Shown: in pieces, positions 17,846 through 28,085 of the stretch
Position numbering within the stretch: position 1 is the stretch's first letter
Layout of the letters: every line of letters begins with the position of its first letter
IMG/VR virus record: IMGVR_UViG_3300021962_000026
From: a virus
Direction: 5' to 3' (one strand)
DNA length: 64,000 nucleotides
Program-made: the position numbers and the translations under genes
Notes under the pieces: model-generated
Told to the model about the DNA's origin: nothing
What the model saw: the letters and a program-made list of their open reading frames with translations, nothing else
The model's database searches: none

Positions 17846-18623
17846 AGAATTCTACCCGGTCTAATTCTAGTGTGCCTGGAAATTCCATTATACTTTTGAA
17901 CAAGTTTGCATCTTGAACTTTGCCAATAACTGCTGCGCCGGAATAATATTTAATTTTTTGTTCACCATGTAGATTAACAAAATCAGGATCATTCTTTTTA
18001 AATTCAGAAAGTATTTTTTCTTTGCTAATTTCGGAAATACTTTGCACTAACACTATACCGGGCTTGATAATATCATGAAAACGACAGGTAGTAGAAAGGG
18101 AACTAAAATCATTCTCGTTATATATTTGTAATGGATTATGACCCACATAAGGATTAAGCAAAATTAGATCACCATAAGAACATTGTTCTGTAAACTCAAA
18201 GGATTCAGGAAGTTCAACTGATTCATCAGTTAACCATTCTATTTGGAAAGGGCTAGTTTGTCGTCCTGAATTTCCAAACTGTATAGCATGTAAACAATGG
18301 TGCAGATTATATATTAATGTGTCATGTTCTTCTGGGATGTCATCATGCGAAAATTCACTAAAGAAATTTTCTAAATCTTTGTGCAATTTGGTTGCAACAC
18401 TAATATCATAATGATCTGACATCCAGTTCCAACCCAATACTCTCTTGGCTTCTTGTGCTAACTGTAGTAGATATGCTGGTGTGTATATTGCAGTATCCTG
18501 ATAAAAAGGTAGTTGAGTATTATTGATTTTTTTTGTCAGATTGTAATACAATGATCCAGATTCTGTATCATTGACTAAAACCTTTATGTCTGGTTGGTCA
18601 AAAAGTTTAATTATTATATTCAT
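17838..18623 (-). CDS. hypothetical protein
   Basis: 261 aa, AT-rich, LHHCLH motif; 8-nt overlap with the rSAM gene. Confidence 0.65.
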   Translation of the reverse strand: MNIIIKLFDQPDIKVLVNDTESGSLYYNLTKKINNTQLPFYQDTAIYTPAYLLQLAQEAKRVLGWNWMSDHYDISVATKLHKDLENFFSEFSHDDIPEEHDTLIYNLHHCLHAIQFGNSGRQTSPFQIEWLTDESVELPESFEFTEQCSYGDLILLNPYVGHNPLQIYNENDFSSLSTTCRFHDIIKPGIVLVQSISEISKEKILSEFKKNDPDFVNLHGEQKIKYYSGAAVIGKVQDANLFKSIMEFPGTLELDRVEFCD

Positions 18624-18630
18624 TACTTTA

Positions 18631-19629
18631 TTAACCGTTTATAAACTCTAGTATTTGCTCTTTCATTTGAGTATTACGCTTGTCTATTACATCAAAAAAC
18701 TTATTATAAAAGTAGTCATAATTATAGTCAACTAGATCCTGTTGGTTTAGGTCAAAATCAAAATTTCTTATTAAGTTTTTAGTGTATTCTACTCTTTCAA
18801 AGTCCCACTCTTCGTCCCAATTTATACCAAAATGATCTTCAAATGTTTCAAATCCCAATCCACGTAACCGGGCGTAACTTAGTCTTTGTCCTATCATTAT
18901 AAACATGCACTTTGATACTATTGGTTTTATAGTTTTTTCTGTAATGTATCCTTGAAGTTTATTGTCTATACTATCACATAAACTTTCTGTAACCCATATT
19001 AATTTACAGTCATTGTATATGTGATTATTAGAAGTCCAGCCATGGCCATCTACCTTTTGTATAGGTATTTTATATTTGCATTGATAGTTTGGATTAATAG
19101 GATCCTCTAACCAGGTATATTGTAAATTTTTATAATTATCTAATAATGTCTTTAAAATTTCTTCTTTATGCCAGTCTGGTCTGCCATTTAAACAACCAAA
19201 ATTGAACTGTCGATCTGCCAATGGCTTTCTATACTGCTTAGAAAACCAATCAAATGAAAGTTTTGTATACCAATGCATGTGTTCCATATAAAAATATGTA
19301 GTATTGTTTGAATTTATTGTGTCGCCTGTGTGTTGACTAGTAATTATAATTTTTCTACCAGGAAATTGATTTATACGCTCTAGCCAATTATGATCCGCAG
19401 CCTCACCTAGATTAGTTATAATATAGGTATCGTAATTGGATGGCGGCAAAGATTGACTCCAATCTCCTCTTATTGCGAGAAAAGTGTTTTGTTTATCCCT
19501 AACATTTGCTAAAAAATTTAAATCATTGCCACATTCAAGAGGAGTAGAACCCATTAATTTATCAGAGCTAAAGTTAAAGTCTGTTAGAGGACCGTAAAAA
19601 GTGTCAAATTTACTAAATGTTGGTGGCAT
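18631..19629 (-). CDS. putative glycosyltransferase (GT10-like 'TEK' family)
   Basis: CLNGRP...VTES...ITEKTIKPI...LRGLGFETF. Confidence 0.5.
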   Translation of the reverse strand: MPPTFSKFDTFYGPLTDFNFSSDKLMGSTPLECGNDLNFLANVRDKQNTFLAIRGDWSQSLPPSNYDTYIITNLGEAADHNWLERINQFPGRKIIITSQHTGDTINSNNTTYFYMEHMHWYTKLSFDWFSKQYRKPLADRQFNFGCLNGRPDWHKEEILKTLLDNYKNLQYTWLEDPINPNYQCKYKIPIQKVDGHGWTSNNHIYNDCKLIWVTESLCDSIDNKLQGYITEKTIKPIVSKCMFIMIGQRLSYARLRGLGFETFEDHFGINWDEEWDFERVEYTKNLIRNFDFDLNQQDLVDYNYDYFYNKFFDVIDKRNTQMKEQILEFING

Positions 19630-20188
19630 TTTTTTCTTGATAATATTCTGCTATCTTGTTATGTACAGTTTGATCTGTGATGTGAAAATAAGGTCTGAAT
19701 TGTTTACTATCGCCATAATCCCATAGGTTATATTGACTACGATACTGATCATACTTGCTAAAGTATTTGTTTACAGTACCAAACTTTCTATGTTCAAACC
19801 CACCTTGATCAAAAATAAATGGTATATTACTATCAACCAAACGTTGAAGAACACTTTCTATTATACACTTGTTTCTGTAAATTTCCAAGTCTAAATTAAA
19901 AAAATGTTTAGCATGCTGTTCTACAATCCGTTTTTGATTTTCATCTAGATTGCTTGTTGATAAATTATGCAGTGTGTAACTGTCATTGTTGTATTCAAAT
20001 CTTACACAAGTTGTAAATAGCACAATAATAAAACTAGCATGTTCTAACGCATGGTCTACTTGTTGGCTAATTTGTAAATTAGTAGCACAGTGTCGTGCTA
20101 ATGTTTTGCAAGGCATAAGTTCTACCCAAGGCACTATTTGGCTCTGAGCATCAGTGCATGCAAAACTATCACCACATACATAAATCAT
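19613..20188 (-). CDS. SGNH-like protein
   Basis: VCGDSF, LARHCATN, C-terminal His (PYFHI). Confidence 0.55.
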   Translation of the reverse strand: MIYVCGDSFACTDAQSQIVPWVELMPCKTLARHCATNLQISQQVDHALEHASFIIVLFTTCVRFEYNNDSYTLHNLSTSNLDENQKRIVEQHAKHFFNLDLEIYRNKCIIESVLQRLVDSNIPFIFDQGGFEHRKFGTVNKYFSKYDQYRSQYNLWDYGDSKQFRPYFHITDQTVHNKIAEYYQEKNATNI

Positions 20189-20841
20189 CGCAAGTATGCC
20201 TCAATACTATCAAATATTTCCGCTTGTGTATAACTATATGGCTTTAAATCATAATAATCACCGGGTCCTAAATCACTAAAACTAATATCTGGCACAAATC
20301 GTTCTAGTAAATCTCGTGCTAGTATTGGCTCGCTACAAACATTTACTTCCTTATCTGTTGTATAAATCCAATCTCGTAAATTGTTTAAATCTAACCATTG
20401 TAGTCTATGATTTGGATTAATTTTATCAAGCCAAACTCTGTTACGAATATCGTAAAGTATATTTTTTGTAATAGATTTATGAATTAATCCTGGTAAACGG
20501 ATAATACTATAGTTTTTATTTTTTTGAACGCTCTGTTCTAATTTTAATCTGTTTGCGCCGTATACAGTGTTAGGTTTTACTTGTGTGTCGCCTGTGCTAA
20601 AAAGTACAATTTTATTACTATAAGTATTATTTAAAATATCTATTAGTCTATCTACACTAGCAGTGTCCTGATCAGGATTATTATGGGCTTTAATTCTATT
20701 ACCACTTGGCGCTGCACACCATATGGTATCCCAGGATATATTTTGTATATCCCCAATATTACTACTAGTAAAAGTGTATGCAGGTTTAACTATACTGCTT
20801 ACAATTTTTCCTACTAGGCCGTTACCTATTAGTGCTTCCAT
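20185..20841 (-). CDS. NAD-dependent epimerase/dehydratase-like (short SDR)
   Basis: ALIGNGLVG, FSTGD, YGANRLKLE, IIRLPGL. Confidence 0.65.
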   Translation of the reverse strand: MEALIGNGLVGKIVSSIVKPAYTFTSSNIGDIQNISWDTIWCAAPSGNRIKAHNNPDQDTASVDRLIDILNNTYSNKIVLFSTGDTQVKPNTVYGANRLKLEQSVQKNKNYSIIRLPGLIHKSITKNILYDIRNRVWLDKINPNHRLQWLDLNNLRDWIYTTDKEVNVCSEPILARDLLERFVPDISFSDLGPGDYYDLKPYSYTQAEIFDSIEAYLR

Positions 20842-21976
20842 AACCAATTAATTCCGCTACTTCAGGATGAGTATCTGCAAAACTTACCTCCCTGTGTTCG
20901 TCAGTTACTCTTATCTTTTCAATGATTCGATCAGTAGTAACTTGTGGATCTAACAGCATAAAGTTCTTAATACTCCGAATTTGATTTGCAAATTTGCCGT
21001 GCATTACTATTGCTTTGTCCAGTCGTTGTAAGTGTTTTATATATGCTTTTTCCGGCAAGTTTTTTAAACTATATTCTTCGGGATCATGCATAAGGTTAAA
21101 ATGTACGTCATCTATACCAGAGGTTTTAGCCCAGGTTAATATGTCCTGCATGTAGTAAGTGTTTTGTAAATTCCACGTAATACACAACTGAAAACTAAAT
21201 GGATAACCTTCATCACGCATCTTTAAAAATCGTTTGATATTATTATTAACTGTACTCCATTTAGCACCATCTCTTTCATATTCAAATCGTTTTTCAGTAT
21301 TATCAATACTAAATGCAATCTGTACATGTTTGAAATGTTTCCATACCTCGTGCTGTTTAGGGAACTGGGTACCATTGGTATTGTAGTGTATGTCTATGTC
21401 TTTAGCATAACCCAGATCAACTGCTCGCTGTAATAAATCAAAATGCTGCTTGATAAGGAACGGCTCGCCACCCGTAAATTCAAAGTACTTTATGTTGGGC
21501 AATAGACTATCCAAATTGTCCCAGAAGCCGGGACTCTTTCTAGGCCACTGCCCGTCTTTAAGCCATTGCTTTGCTACATGCTTATCGCCATAATGTTCTA
21601 TTTGTTCCTGTGCCCACTTGCTGCTACTCCAACTGCCGCAAATACGACACTTTAGGTTGCATATATTGCCAAGTTTTAAATCTAAAAATATTAGATTAGT
21701 CTCGTAGGGTATATGCTTGAATTTTTCCAACATATACTCTCGTTTGCTTTTTTTGCCTGAATCTTCTTCCATCCAGCAGCGTTCACATGCATTGGGTTTA
21801 TCGCCACGCTCAAACACTTCTCTCAGGTTATTCATGTATTCGCCAGTAAACACTTCTTCAAGTGTATGGGTGCGTAGATTTACCTCAGGTATTTCATCTT
21901 TGTATAAACAACATGGCCTAACACCACCAAGCGGTGTTGTCTCTAAACTTATCCAGGGTAGTATGCATTTATGCAT
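20822..21976 (-). CDS. N-terminal twitch-domain radical SAM protein
   Basis: CILPW...PCC...CERCW; CNLKCRIC; TGGEP; YNTNG. Confidence 0.9.
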   Translation of the reverse strand: MHKCILPWISLETTPLGGVRPCCLYKDEIPEVNLRTHTLEEVFTGEYMNNLREVFERGDKPNACERCWMEEDSGKKSKREYMLEKFKHIPYETNLIFLDLKLGNICNLKCRICGSWSSSKWAQEQIEHYGDKHVAKQWLKDGQWPRKSPGFWDNLDSLLPNIKYFEFTGGEPFLIKQHFDLLQRAVDLGYAKDIDIHYNTNGTQFPKQHEVWKHFKHVQIAFSIDNTEKRFEYERDGAKWSTVNNNIKRFLKMRDEGYPFSFQLCITWNLQNTYYMQDILTWAKTSGIDDVHFNLMHDPEEYSLKNLPEKAYIKHLQRLDKAIVMHGKFANQIRSIKNFMLLDPQVTTDRIIEKIRVTDEHREVSFADTHPEVAELIGYGSTNR

Positions 21977-23267
21977 TTTGCAATCTCACTAATTCAGGAA
22001 AAACTTCGTAAAAACTTTCTGTTCTTACATTATCTAATTTTTCTGTGACTTGATTAAATTTACTTAAATGTTTTGTGTTGTCTTGTGCGTTCATGAACTG
22101 TATTGTACTTTTAAATCCATTAGTAGCCCGCTGTAAATGATCCTGAGGAGATAACCAATTAATGTGTTCCTGTAATTTAGCAGTAACTTCCTGTTTCATG
22201 TCTGGGGGCAAGCAGTCTATACGATACCATTCGGGGCTCTGTAGTATGTTAACATTTAAATCCTGCGGCTTTAATAGTCCACGTTCTATCCAATCTCTGT
22301 GAAAGTCTGTTACATGAAAAACATTCATTAAACTAACAGTAGGACTAATATAAAAATCCACGTTGGGGCAGGTCTCTAGCATGCGGTATCTATTTTCAGT
22401 TATTTTATCCCAGTTACTTCCTTTACGCATAAGTTCTGCTCTTGCGCCACTTGCGTCTAAACTTGCACCAATGCTTACACTGTCAAACAATTTCCAATAG
22501 TCTAGTACATCTAGATCTTTGTACATTGTTTCATTAAAGTTTGTGTTATAGATAAGTTTAACATCAAAGCGTTCTCTTGCAACAAGTTCCTTTAAAATAT
22601 TATAATGCTCTTGCATAATAAGAGGTTCGCCACCAGCAAAATATATCTGCTCTATGTGATCTATATGCGGGATCATCTGTTCCCATATATCTGTTTTATT
22701 TCTGCCAGCCCATTCTATTCTCTGATGGGGAGGTTTTGTTCCATACATTTTAACATGATCGTCATACCATAAACTACTAAACATAGGTCCACAACTGCGA
22801 CACTTTAAATTACACTGATTACTAAAACGTATATCCCAGTAGACTATTTTGAAGTCGGGATCTATTCCCTGATCTACCTTGCCTATGTGATGTCCAAAGT
22901 GCTTGTTACTGCTATTACGCATACTGAAAAAGCCCTGCTCTTCTTGTTCATAGCAGCGTGTACATTCTTTACAGGGCCGTTCATTAAGCATATTATCTCG
23001 CATCAGTTTGTATTCATCACCGTGCCAGATATCCTCTAGTGTGTTTGTACGCATGTTGCCAATTGGATAGTTCATTTCTCCTAAACAGCAAGGATATGCT
23101 TCTCCCGTAGGGAACCCATGTATATGCGTCCAGGGAATCATGCAAAAGTATTTGCTTTCCATAAGTCGCTTTTGCTGGTCTTCTCTGAGATCTTCTAACT
23201 CTACAAAAACAGGTCGTCTACTGTTGTAATCATAATTTTCATAATATTTCTTTTGTTTGTCTGTCAT
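21969..23267 (-). CDS. N-terminal twitch-domain radical SAM protein
   Basis: CMIPW...PCC...CTRCY; CNLKCRSC; AGGEP. Confidence 0.9.
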   Translation of the reverse strand: MTDKQKKYYENYDYNSRRPVFVELEDLREDQQKRLMESKYFCMIPWTHIHGFPTGEAYPCCLGEMNYPIGNMRTNTLEDIWHGDEYKLMRDNMLNERPCKECTRCYEQEEQGFFSMRNSSNKHFGHHIGKVDQGIDPDFKIVYWDIRFSNQCNLKCRSCGPMFSSLWYDDHVKMYGTKPPHQRIEWAGRNKTDIWEQMIPHIDHIEQIYFAGGEPLIMQEHYNILKELVARERFDVKLIYNTNFNETMYKDLDVLDYWKLFDSVSIGASLDASGARAELMRKGSNWDKITENRYRMLETCPNVDFYISPTVSLMNVFHVTDFHRDWIERGLLKPQDLNVNILQSPEWYRIDCLPPDMKQEVTAKLQEHINWLSPQDHLQRATNGFKSTIQFMNAQDNTKHLSKFNQVTEKLDNVRTESFYEVFPELVRLQNA

Positions 23268-24616
23268 AGTGTGTTATACCATTTTACAAACTCTGGAAAA
23301 GTTTCTGTAAAGTTTTTGTTCCTACGTTTGTCATATTGAGAGTAAAAATTCTTAAAGTCATTATATAGTTTTGGCATGTCAAAAGAGTTACTATGTGGAG
23401 TTTTCTCTGTACGCAGGTATGTAATTAGTCTTTCTAGTTGCCCACGTTCGAACTTATGCATGTCTAAACCTCTAGTATTGAACAAAAACTCTAATGCGTC
23501 TGCATAACGATTGCGAAGTATAGGCGGAAGGACAAGTGGCGATTGAAAACTTGGGAAACGTAATATATTTAAACTAATTACGCCAAAATGACTGCCAAGT
23601 TCCGTTCTCATGTCTAATATATTGTTAATTAACTGAGGAAGTGTTTCTAAACATAAAGCATTTATAGTCATCATACAATGTGTATTCATACCAGCTTTAC
23701 TTAATTTGACAATATTATTCCACCAATAGTCATAGTTTAAACCATCACGTATATACTCTGCTCTGGCTCCAACACTTTCACAACTAGTGTAGATATCTAA
23801 ACTAGGCAAGTATTCTCGCGCCTCAACTAGTTTGTTTATAAATTCAGGCTTGCCTCCCAAATTACTATTAATAGCAAGTTTAGTTTGACTTTTATCTACG
23901 TTATCTTTAAACCAATCTATAAGCCTCCATAAGTCTGGACTCATTGTTGGTTCACCACCAGTAATGCGTAACTCTCTAAGAGTTCTATGCAAGTCTGATT
24001 CCCACCATTTAAAGAAGGCTTCTACATAAGGATTGCGATCTGCCAGCCCATATACTTGGCTACTATTGTGAAGGTGAGTATAGTGATTCCTGCCATCACT
24101 AATAAGGCTTTGATAACTGCCATGTTGTTTTAGGTCTCTGACCCAAGTACTACTAAAACCGGGGTTGCAATAACTGCAAGCAAAATTGCAAGTACGATCA
24201 AATGCAATTTCGAGAGTCCTGAGGTCGACGTCACCATCATACGGGCTATTTCTGGCGGCATGTAATTCATCCTGTGTGTATATGTTACTCTTATATATAC
24301 GATCACTAACAAAATTAGGGCCCATATCCTCGATTTTCCAGCAATATTCACAACCAGCAGGGCGTTCTCCACATTGCATTTGTCTACGTTGTTCTTTTTT
24401 CTCAGGGGTATTATGTAACAATTTAGGATTTGCTTCTACAGCAACAGGATCTATTTTGTGTGGCAGTGGATGATGGCAACTAGTAGTCATGCCAGAACCT
24501 AACCAAATAGTAGCGTTGTACCATTTAGCACCGCAAAACGTAGGAGACAATTTGTCAAGTACTTGTTGTTTATAAGTTAAATCGTCCCAGCCCTGGTCTG
24601 TTTTTTTGTTATTCAT
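23264..24616 (-). CDS. N-terminal twitch-domain radical SAM protein
   Basis: CGAKW...SCHHP...CEYCW; CNFACSYC; TGGEP. Confidence 0.9.
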   Translation of the reverse strand: MNNKKTDQGWDDLTYKQQVLDKLSPTFCGAKWYNATIWLGSGMTTSCHHPLPHKIDPVAVEANPKLLHNTPEKKEQRRQMQCGERPAGCEYCWKIEDMGPNFVSDRIYKSNIYTQDELHAARNSPYDGDVDLRTLEIAFDRTCNFACSYCNPGFSSTWVRDLKQHGSYQSLISDGRNHYTHLHNSSQVYGLADRNPYVEAFFKWWESDLHRTLRELRITGGEPTMSPDLWRLIDWFKDNVDKSQTKLAINSNLGGKPEFINKLVEAREYLPSLDIYTSCESVGARAEYIRDGLNYDYWWNNIVKLSKAGMNTHCMMTINALCLETLPQLINNILDMRTELGSHFGVISLNILRFPSFQSPLVLPPILRNRYADALEFLFNTRGLDMHKFERGQLERLITYLRTEKTPHSNSFDMPKLYNDFKNFYSQYDKRRNKNFTETFPEFVKWYNTL

Positions 24617-25106
24617 TAAAAAACCCTTTTTTTATTTCTTCTAGAATATCTTTGCTACTTGTCATACCTACTGGTTGATGTACTTTACTAAATTTTTGAT
24701 GGTACCATGGTACACTAGGAGTAGTAAATTCATTATACACTAATTTGCCATTATGACCAAGGTATAAGTTGTTTTTCCATTTAATGACGTCATTATTATT
24801 ATGCCATTCCTCCCAGGGCGGTAAGTCTGGATATTGTATACAGTTGTATATTTCGTTTTTAATATCCACCTCATTTATATAAAGTTTTTGAAGTTCAAAA
24901 TAGGTATCAGAGTCTGTGTTATAATTTTTTCCATAATGCACTATTTCTATAACGTGACGGCCATCTGATAAATCACAATCAATAGATATCGATCCGGGTT
25001 TGTAAAGTTTATGGTTAGCATAAATTTTTCCATCCACAAGTACTTTTATCAAGGGTATTCCCGACACAGTAAAATCAAATCTAAAATTAGTACGTTCCAT
25101 TAGCAA
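24609..25106 (-). CDS. hypothetical protein
   Basis: 165 aa, beta-rich; overlaps both neighbours. Confidence 0.6.
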   Translation of the reverse strand: MLMERTNFRFDFTVSGIPLIKVLVDGKIYANHKLYKPGSISIDCDLSDGRHVIEIVHYGKNYNTDSDTYFELQKLYINEVDIKNEIYNCIQYPDLPPWEEWHNNNDVIKWKNNLYLGHNGKLVYNEFTTPSVPWYHQKFSKVHQPVGMTSSKDILEEIKKGFFNE

Positions 25107-26559
25107 TTTTCTCGTAACTTACCTTTAACCTTTTTAAATGACTGTCCGCATTCCAAACATGGTAACCTAATTCTACTACATGCTCTTGTAACTCAATACG
25201 TCTGCGTATACGTTCTTTTAAAGTTAACTCGGGATTGTCTGGCATAAGCCAGTTTATACCAACGCGATCTCCGGGTAGACCCAAATGCATTAAACCTAAT
25301 TCAGTCATTTCATTATATAAGGGAGTACCCTCGTCTACACTTAGCGTAGCACCCAGGTTTAGACCAGTAATTGTACCGTTTAAAGCATACTTTCTAAAAT
25401 TAGTAAACATATCTAATGTTTGTTGATGATCCTCTATACGCTCTGTAGGATATCCGCAAATCATACTAAAAAAGCAATTTAACTGATTCTTGTCTAGTTG
25501 ATCAATTACAGCCGCTAGTTCTGCCGTAGTAAACTTTTTACGCATATGTTCTCTAACACGGTCACTTCCAGTCTCGACTCCTATCATGACATGAGAACAC
25601 CCAGCCTGTGCCATTAATTGATAATCTTCTGGTATTTGTTGTTTTAAGTTTCTAACTATGAATTGTCCATTAAATCTAAAGTAAGCGTCTGGTAAATTAT
25701 TTTTTTTATAATATTCAATAAGTGTAATCAGTAAATCCCTAAATGCTTTCATACTTCCATTAATTAAGCTATCAGTAAAGGTAAATTGAGTTACCCCGTG
25801 CTTTTCATAGTTTGCAATCATTTCTTGTGCTAATACATGCCCGCTACGAAATGTAAATTTTTTCCAATGTTCATGTATATCACAAAAAGAACATGCCCGA
25901 ACACATCCACGACTTCCGTTAATAGGAAGTAACTTTTGGTTATTATCATACTGATAATTTAAATCTATTAGATCATCATACACTGGAAATGGTATAGTAT
26001 CTAAACTTAGTTGTTTAAAATTGTCATTATTGATACCTGGATATTTCTCGTTTCCAGATAATAATTCTACAAGTGCTAATTCACCATCGCCTCTTATAAA
26101 ATAATCTATTTGTTTTAAATTAAGCATTTCAGCACCAAAGTCATTGTATATGCTGGCTATGCCATTTGTACTAATACCGGCCCCACCTATAACTATTTTA
26201 CCATGGTATTTTTGTTTCAATTTTTTCGTAAACAGTCTAGTAGCTAACTGACACATCATAGTAAAAACACTGATACCAACAAACTTAGGATTTATTGCTA
26301 TAACATCTTCTACCCATAAATCCAGAATCTTATCTACTTTAGCTTCTATCTCGGGTTCATTATGCATAGCTTCGCTAAAATAATCAAAAAGTTTAAGATA
26401 ATCGTCGCCTGCTTTATTATATAGGTCTAAATTTAGGTCTAATATTTTACAACTAAACCCAGCATCAATAACACTACCCATAAGCTGACTCGTACCAGCT
26501 GGAGGATATTGCAAACCACTTATAGGAATATTAATAAGTAAAATATCCATATTATCCAT
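25087..26559 (-). CDS. cobalamin-binding (class B) radical SAM protein, probable methyltransferase
   Basis: PPAG...DLNL...VGIS...IVIGG...GDGE (B12 domain); SRGCVRACSFC; IGVETGS; GYPTE. Start at 26559 or 26550 rather than 26640. Confidence 0.88.
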   Translation of the reverse strand: MDNMDILLINIPISGLQYPPAGTSQLMGSVIDAGFSCKILDLNLDLYNKAGDDYLKLFDYFSEAMHNEPEIEAKVDKILDLWVEDVIAINPKFVGISVFTMMCQLATRLFTKKLKQKYHGKIVIGGAGISTNGIASIYNDFGAEMLNLKQIDYFIRGDGELALVELLSGNEKYPGINNDNFKQLSLDTIPFPVYDDLIDLNYQYDNNQKLLPINGSRGCVRACSFCDIHEHWKKFTFRSGHVLAQEMIANYEKHGVTQFTFTDSLINGSMKAFRDLLITLIEYYKKNNLPDAYFRFNGQFIVRNLKQQIPEDYQLMAQAGCSHVMIGVETGSDRVREHMRKKFTTAELAAVIDQLDKNQLNCFFSMICGYPTERIEDHQQTLDMFTNFRKYALNGTITGLNLGATLSVDEGTPLYNEMTELGLMHLGLPGDRVGINWLMPDNPELTLKERIRRRIELQEHVVELGYHVWNADSHLKRLKVSYEKIANGTY

Positions 26560-26737
26560 ACTTTTCTTTATATGCCTCTTCGAATCCTGCTTCCCATTGA
26601 TAGCACTCTGTATTATACCACATTCTTCTAAAATAGTCATTATACATGTCTAGCACAGTCATGTCTGGCCAAGTATCTGGTATTAATTGACCCTTTGTTA
26701 TCCAAAATATTCTATTGTATTCTCTATTTGTTCGCAA
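26552..26737 (-). CDS. 61-aa aromatic-rich hypothetical protein
   Basis: Overlaps both neighbouring rSAM genes; 4 W, 7 Y, 3 F. Confidence 0.6.
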   Translation of the reverse strand: MRTNREYNRIFWITKGQLIPDTWPDMTVLDMYNDYFRRMWYNTECYQWEAGFEEAYKEKYG

Positions 26738-28085
26738 GGTATCTACACTCGTTCCAAAATTCTATCATTTCAGGAAATGTTTTTTCAAAGTTAGTTCCGC
26801 GTCTACGGTCGTGTTCACTAAAAAACCTATAAAAGTCCGCTCTTTTGTGCTCTATATTGTTTGTGCCTTTTTGCATAAACTGAAGATCACGACGCATCTT
26901 TAAAACTTCGTAATCTTTAAAGCCGTGCATTTCGTCCAGGTTGTTGTTCATAAAGTTTATACAATCCCACAAGCATTGCTCATATGCTTTAGGAAGTATC
27001 TGTATGTTTTGCCAGTCTGGTGTATACAATAGTGGAGTATCAAACCAAATACGCTGATAAGTCTTTGTATATGTTTTACGCAAATATAATATGTATTCAA
27101 GTAATTGCTCTAATCCATTAATACTTAAATTGTTCATTGTTATAATAAATGTAAGACTTGAACGCTCTGGAACCTCCCGAACAAAACGCTCAACCCTATT
27201 TATGGCAAGGTCAAAGTCCAGTCCGTGACGTATGTATTCTGCTTGTGGACCCCAGGTATCTAAACTAACAAACTGCATAAAATGTTCTACGGTACCTGGT
27301 GCCTGTGTTAGGCGTTTTACATAGTCCAAATACTTTTCAAATACACGATCGTCAACACTAAAGTTGCTTGTAACATTTAGGTGTAAGTCTGACTTTGGAT
27401 TTTCAAGCACATAATCAAACACTCTATAGGTATTGGGATCCATTGTAGGCTCACCACCTGTCATACGAAAGTGTTTTAGGTCTTTATACAAGTCTGGCCA
27501 CCACCGCCAGAAGGCTTCCCTATATGGATTGTTTTCTCTATTAGGTATAGGCTTACGCTCGCCTGTAAAGTGTGCTGGATCATTATGTGGTGTGCGGGTA
27601 GGATAAGCGCCGTGTTCTTTGGCTTCTTGTTCCCAGGTACTGCTGAACTGTGGACTACAATAACTACACTTCAAATTACATGCATGATTAAAGTTTACTT
27701 CCACATAACTGGGGTTAACATCTGCTTGTGGGTTTGCTACTATATCCTCAAATGCTTCCATAGCCCAGGGCTCGCCACTACGATAATGGCGGTCACTTAA
27801 ACTACCGTTTTGTTCTATGTTCCAGCAATAGTTACATTCAGTGCACTTTATGCCATCAATCATTTCAGCACGCCTTTGTTTTTTATGTGCTGTATTGTGC
27901 AGGGCACTGGGATTATCTGCAAGTGGCTCAGTTGGTATGCGGTGTAGTGGAGGATGATAGCAACTGTTTGTGTGCCCAGTAGTTAGGTGTAGGCTTACTT
28001 GCTTCCATTTAGCCAAGCAGAAACTGCCGCTAACACCGGCTAGTCGTGCTTTTGCTAGTTCTGCATCTGCTAGATAATCACTCAC
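26724..28085 (-). CDS. N-terminal twitch-domain radical SAM protein
   Basis: CLAKW...SCYHP...CNYCW; CNLKCSYC; TGGEP. Confidence 0.9.
   Translation of the reverse strand: MSDYLADAELAKARLAGVSGSFCLAKWKQVSLHLTTGHTNSCYHPPLHRIPTEPLADNPSALHNTAHKKQRRAEMIDGIKCTECNYCWNIEQNGSLSDRHYRSGEPWAMEAFEDIVANPQADVNPSYVEVNFNHACNLKCSYCSPQFSSTWEQEAKEHGAYPTRTPHNDPAHFTGERKPIPNRENNPYREAFWRWWPDLYKDLKHFRMTGGEPTMDPNTYRVFDYVLENPKSDLHLNVTSNFSVDDRVFEKYLDYVKRLTQAPGTVEHFMQFVSLDTWGPQAEYIRHGLDFDLAINRVERFVREVPERSSLTFIITMNNLSINGLEQLLEYILYLRKTYTKTYQRIWFDTPLLYTPDWQNIQILPKAYEQCLWDCINFMNNNLDEMHGFKDYEVLKMRRDLQFMQKGTNNIEHKRADFYRFFSEHDRRRGTNFEKTFPEMIEFWNECRYLANK

Noticed and set aside
26560-26640. Extended N-terminus of the B12 rSAM given in the ORF track
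   Set aside because: It overlaps the 61-aa ORF; the domain begins at MDILLINIP, and ATG 26559 gives the 8-nt overlap seen repeatedly in this operon.
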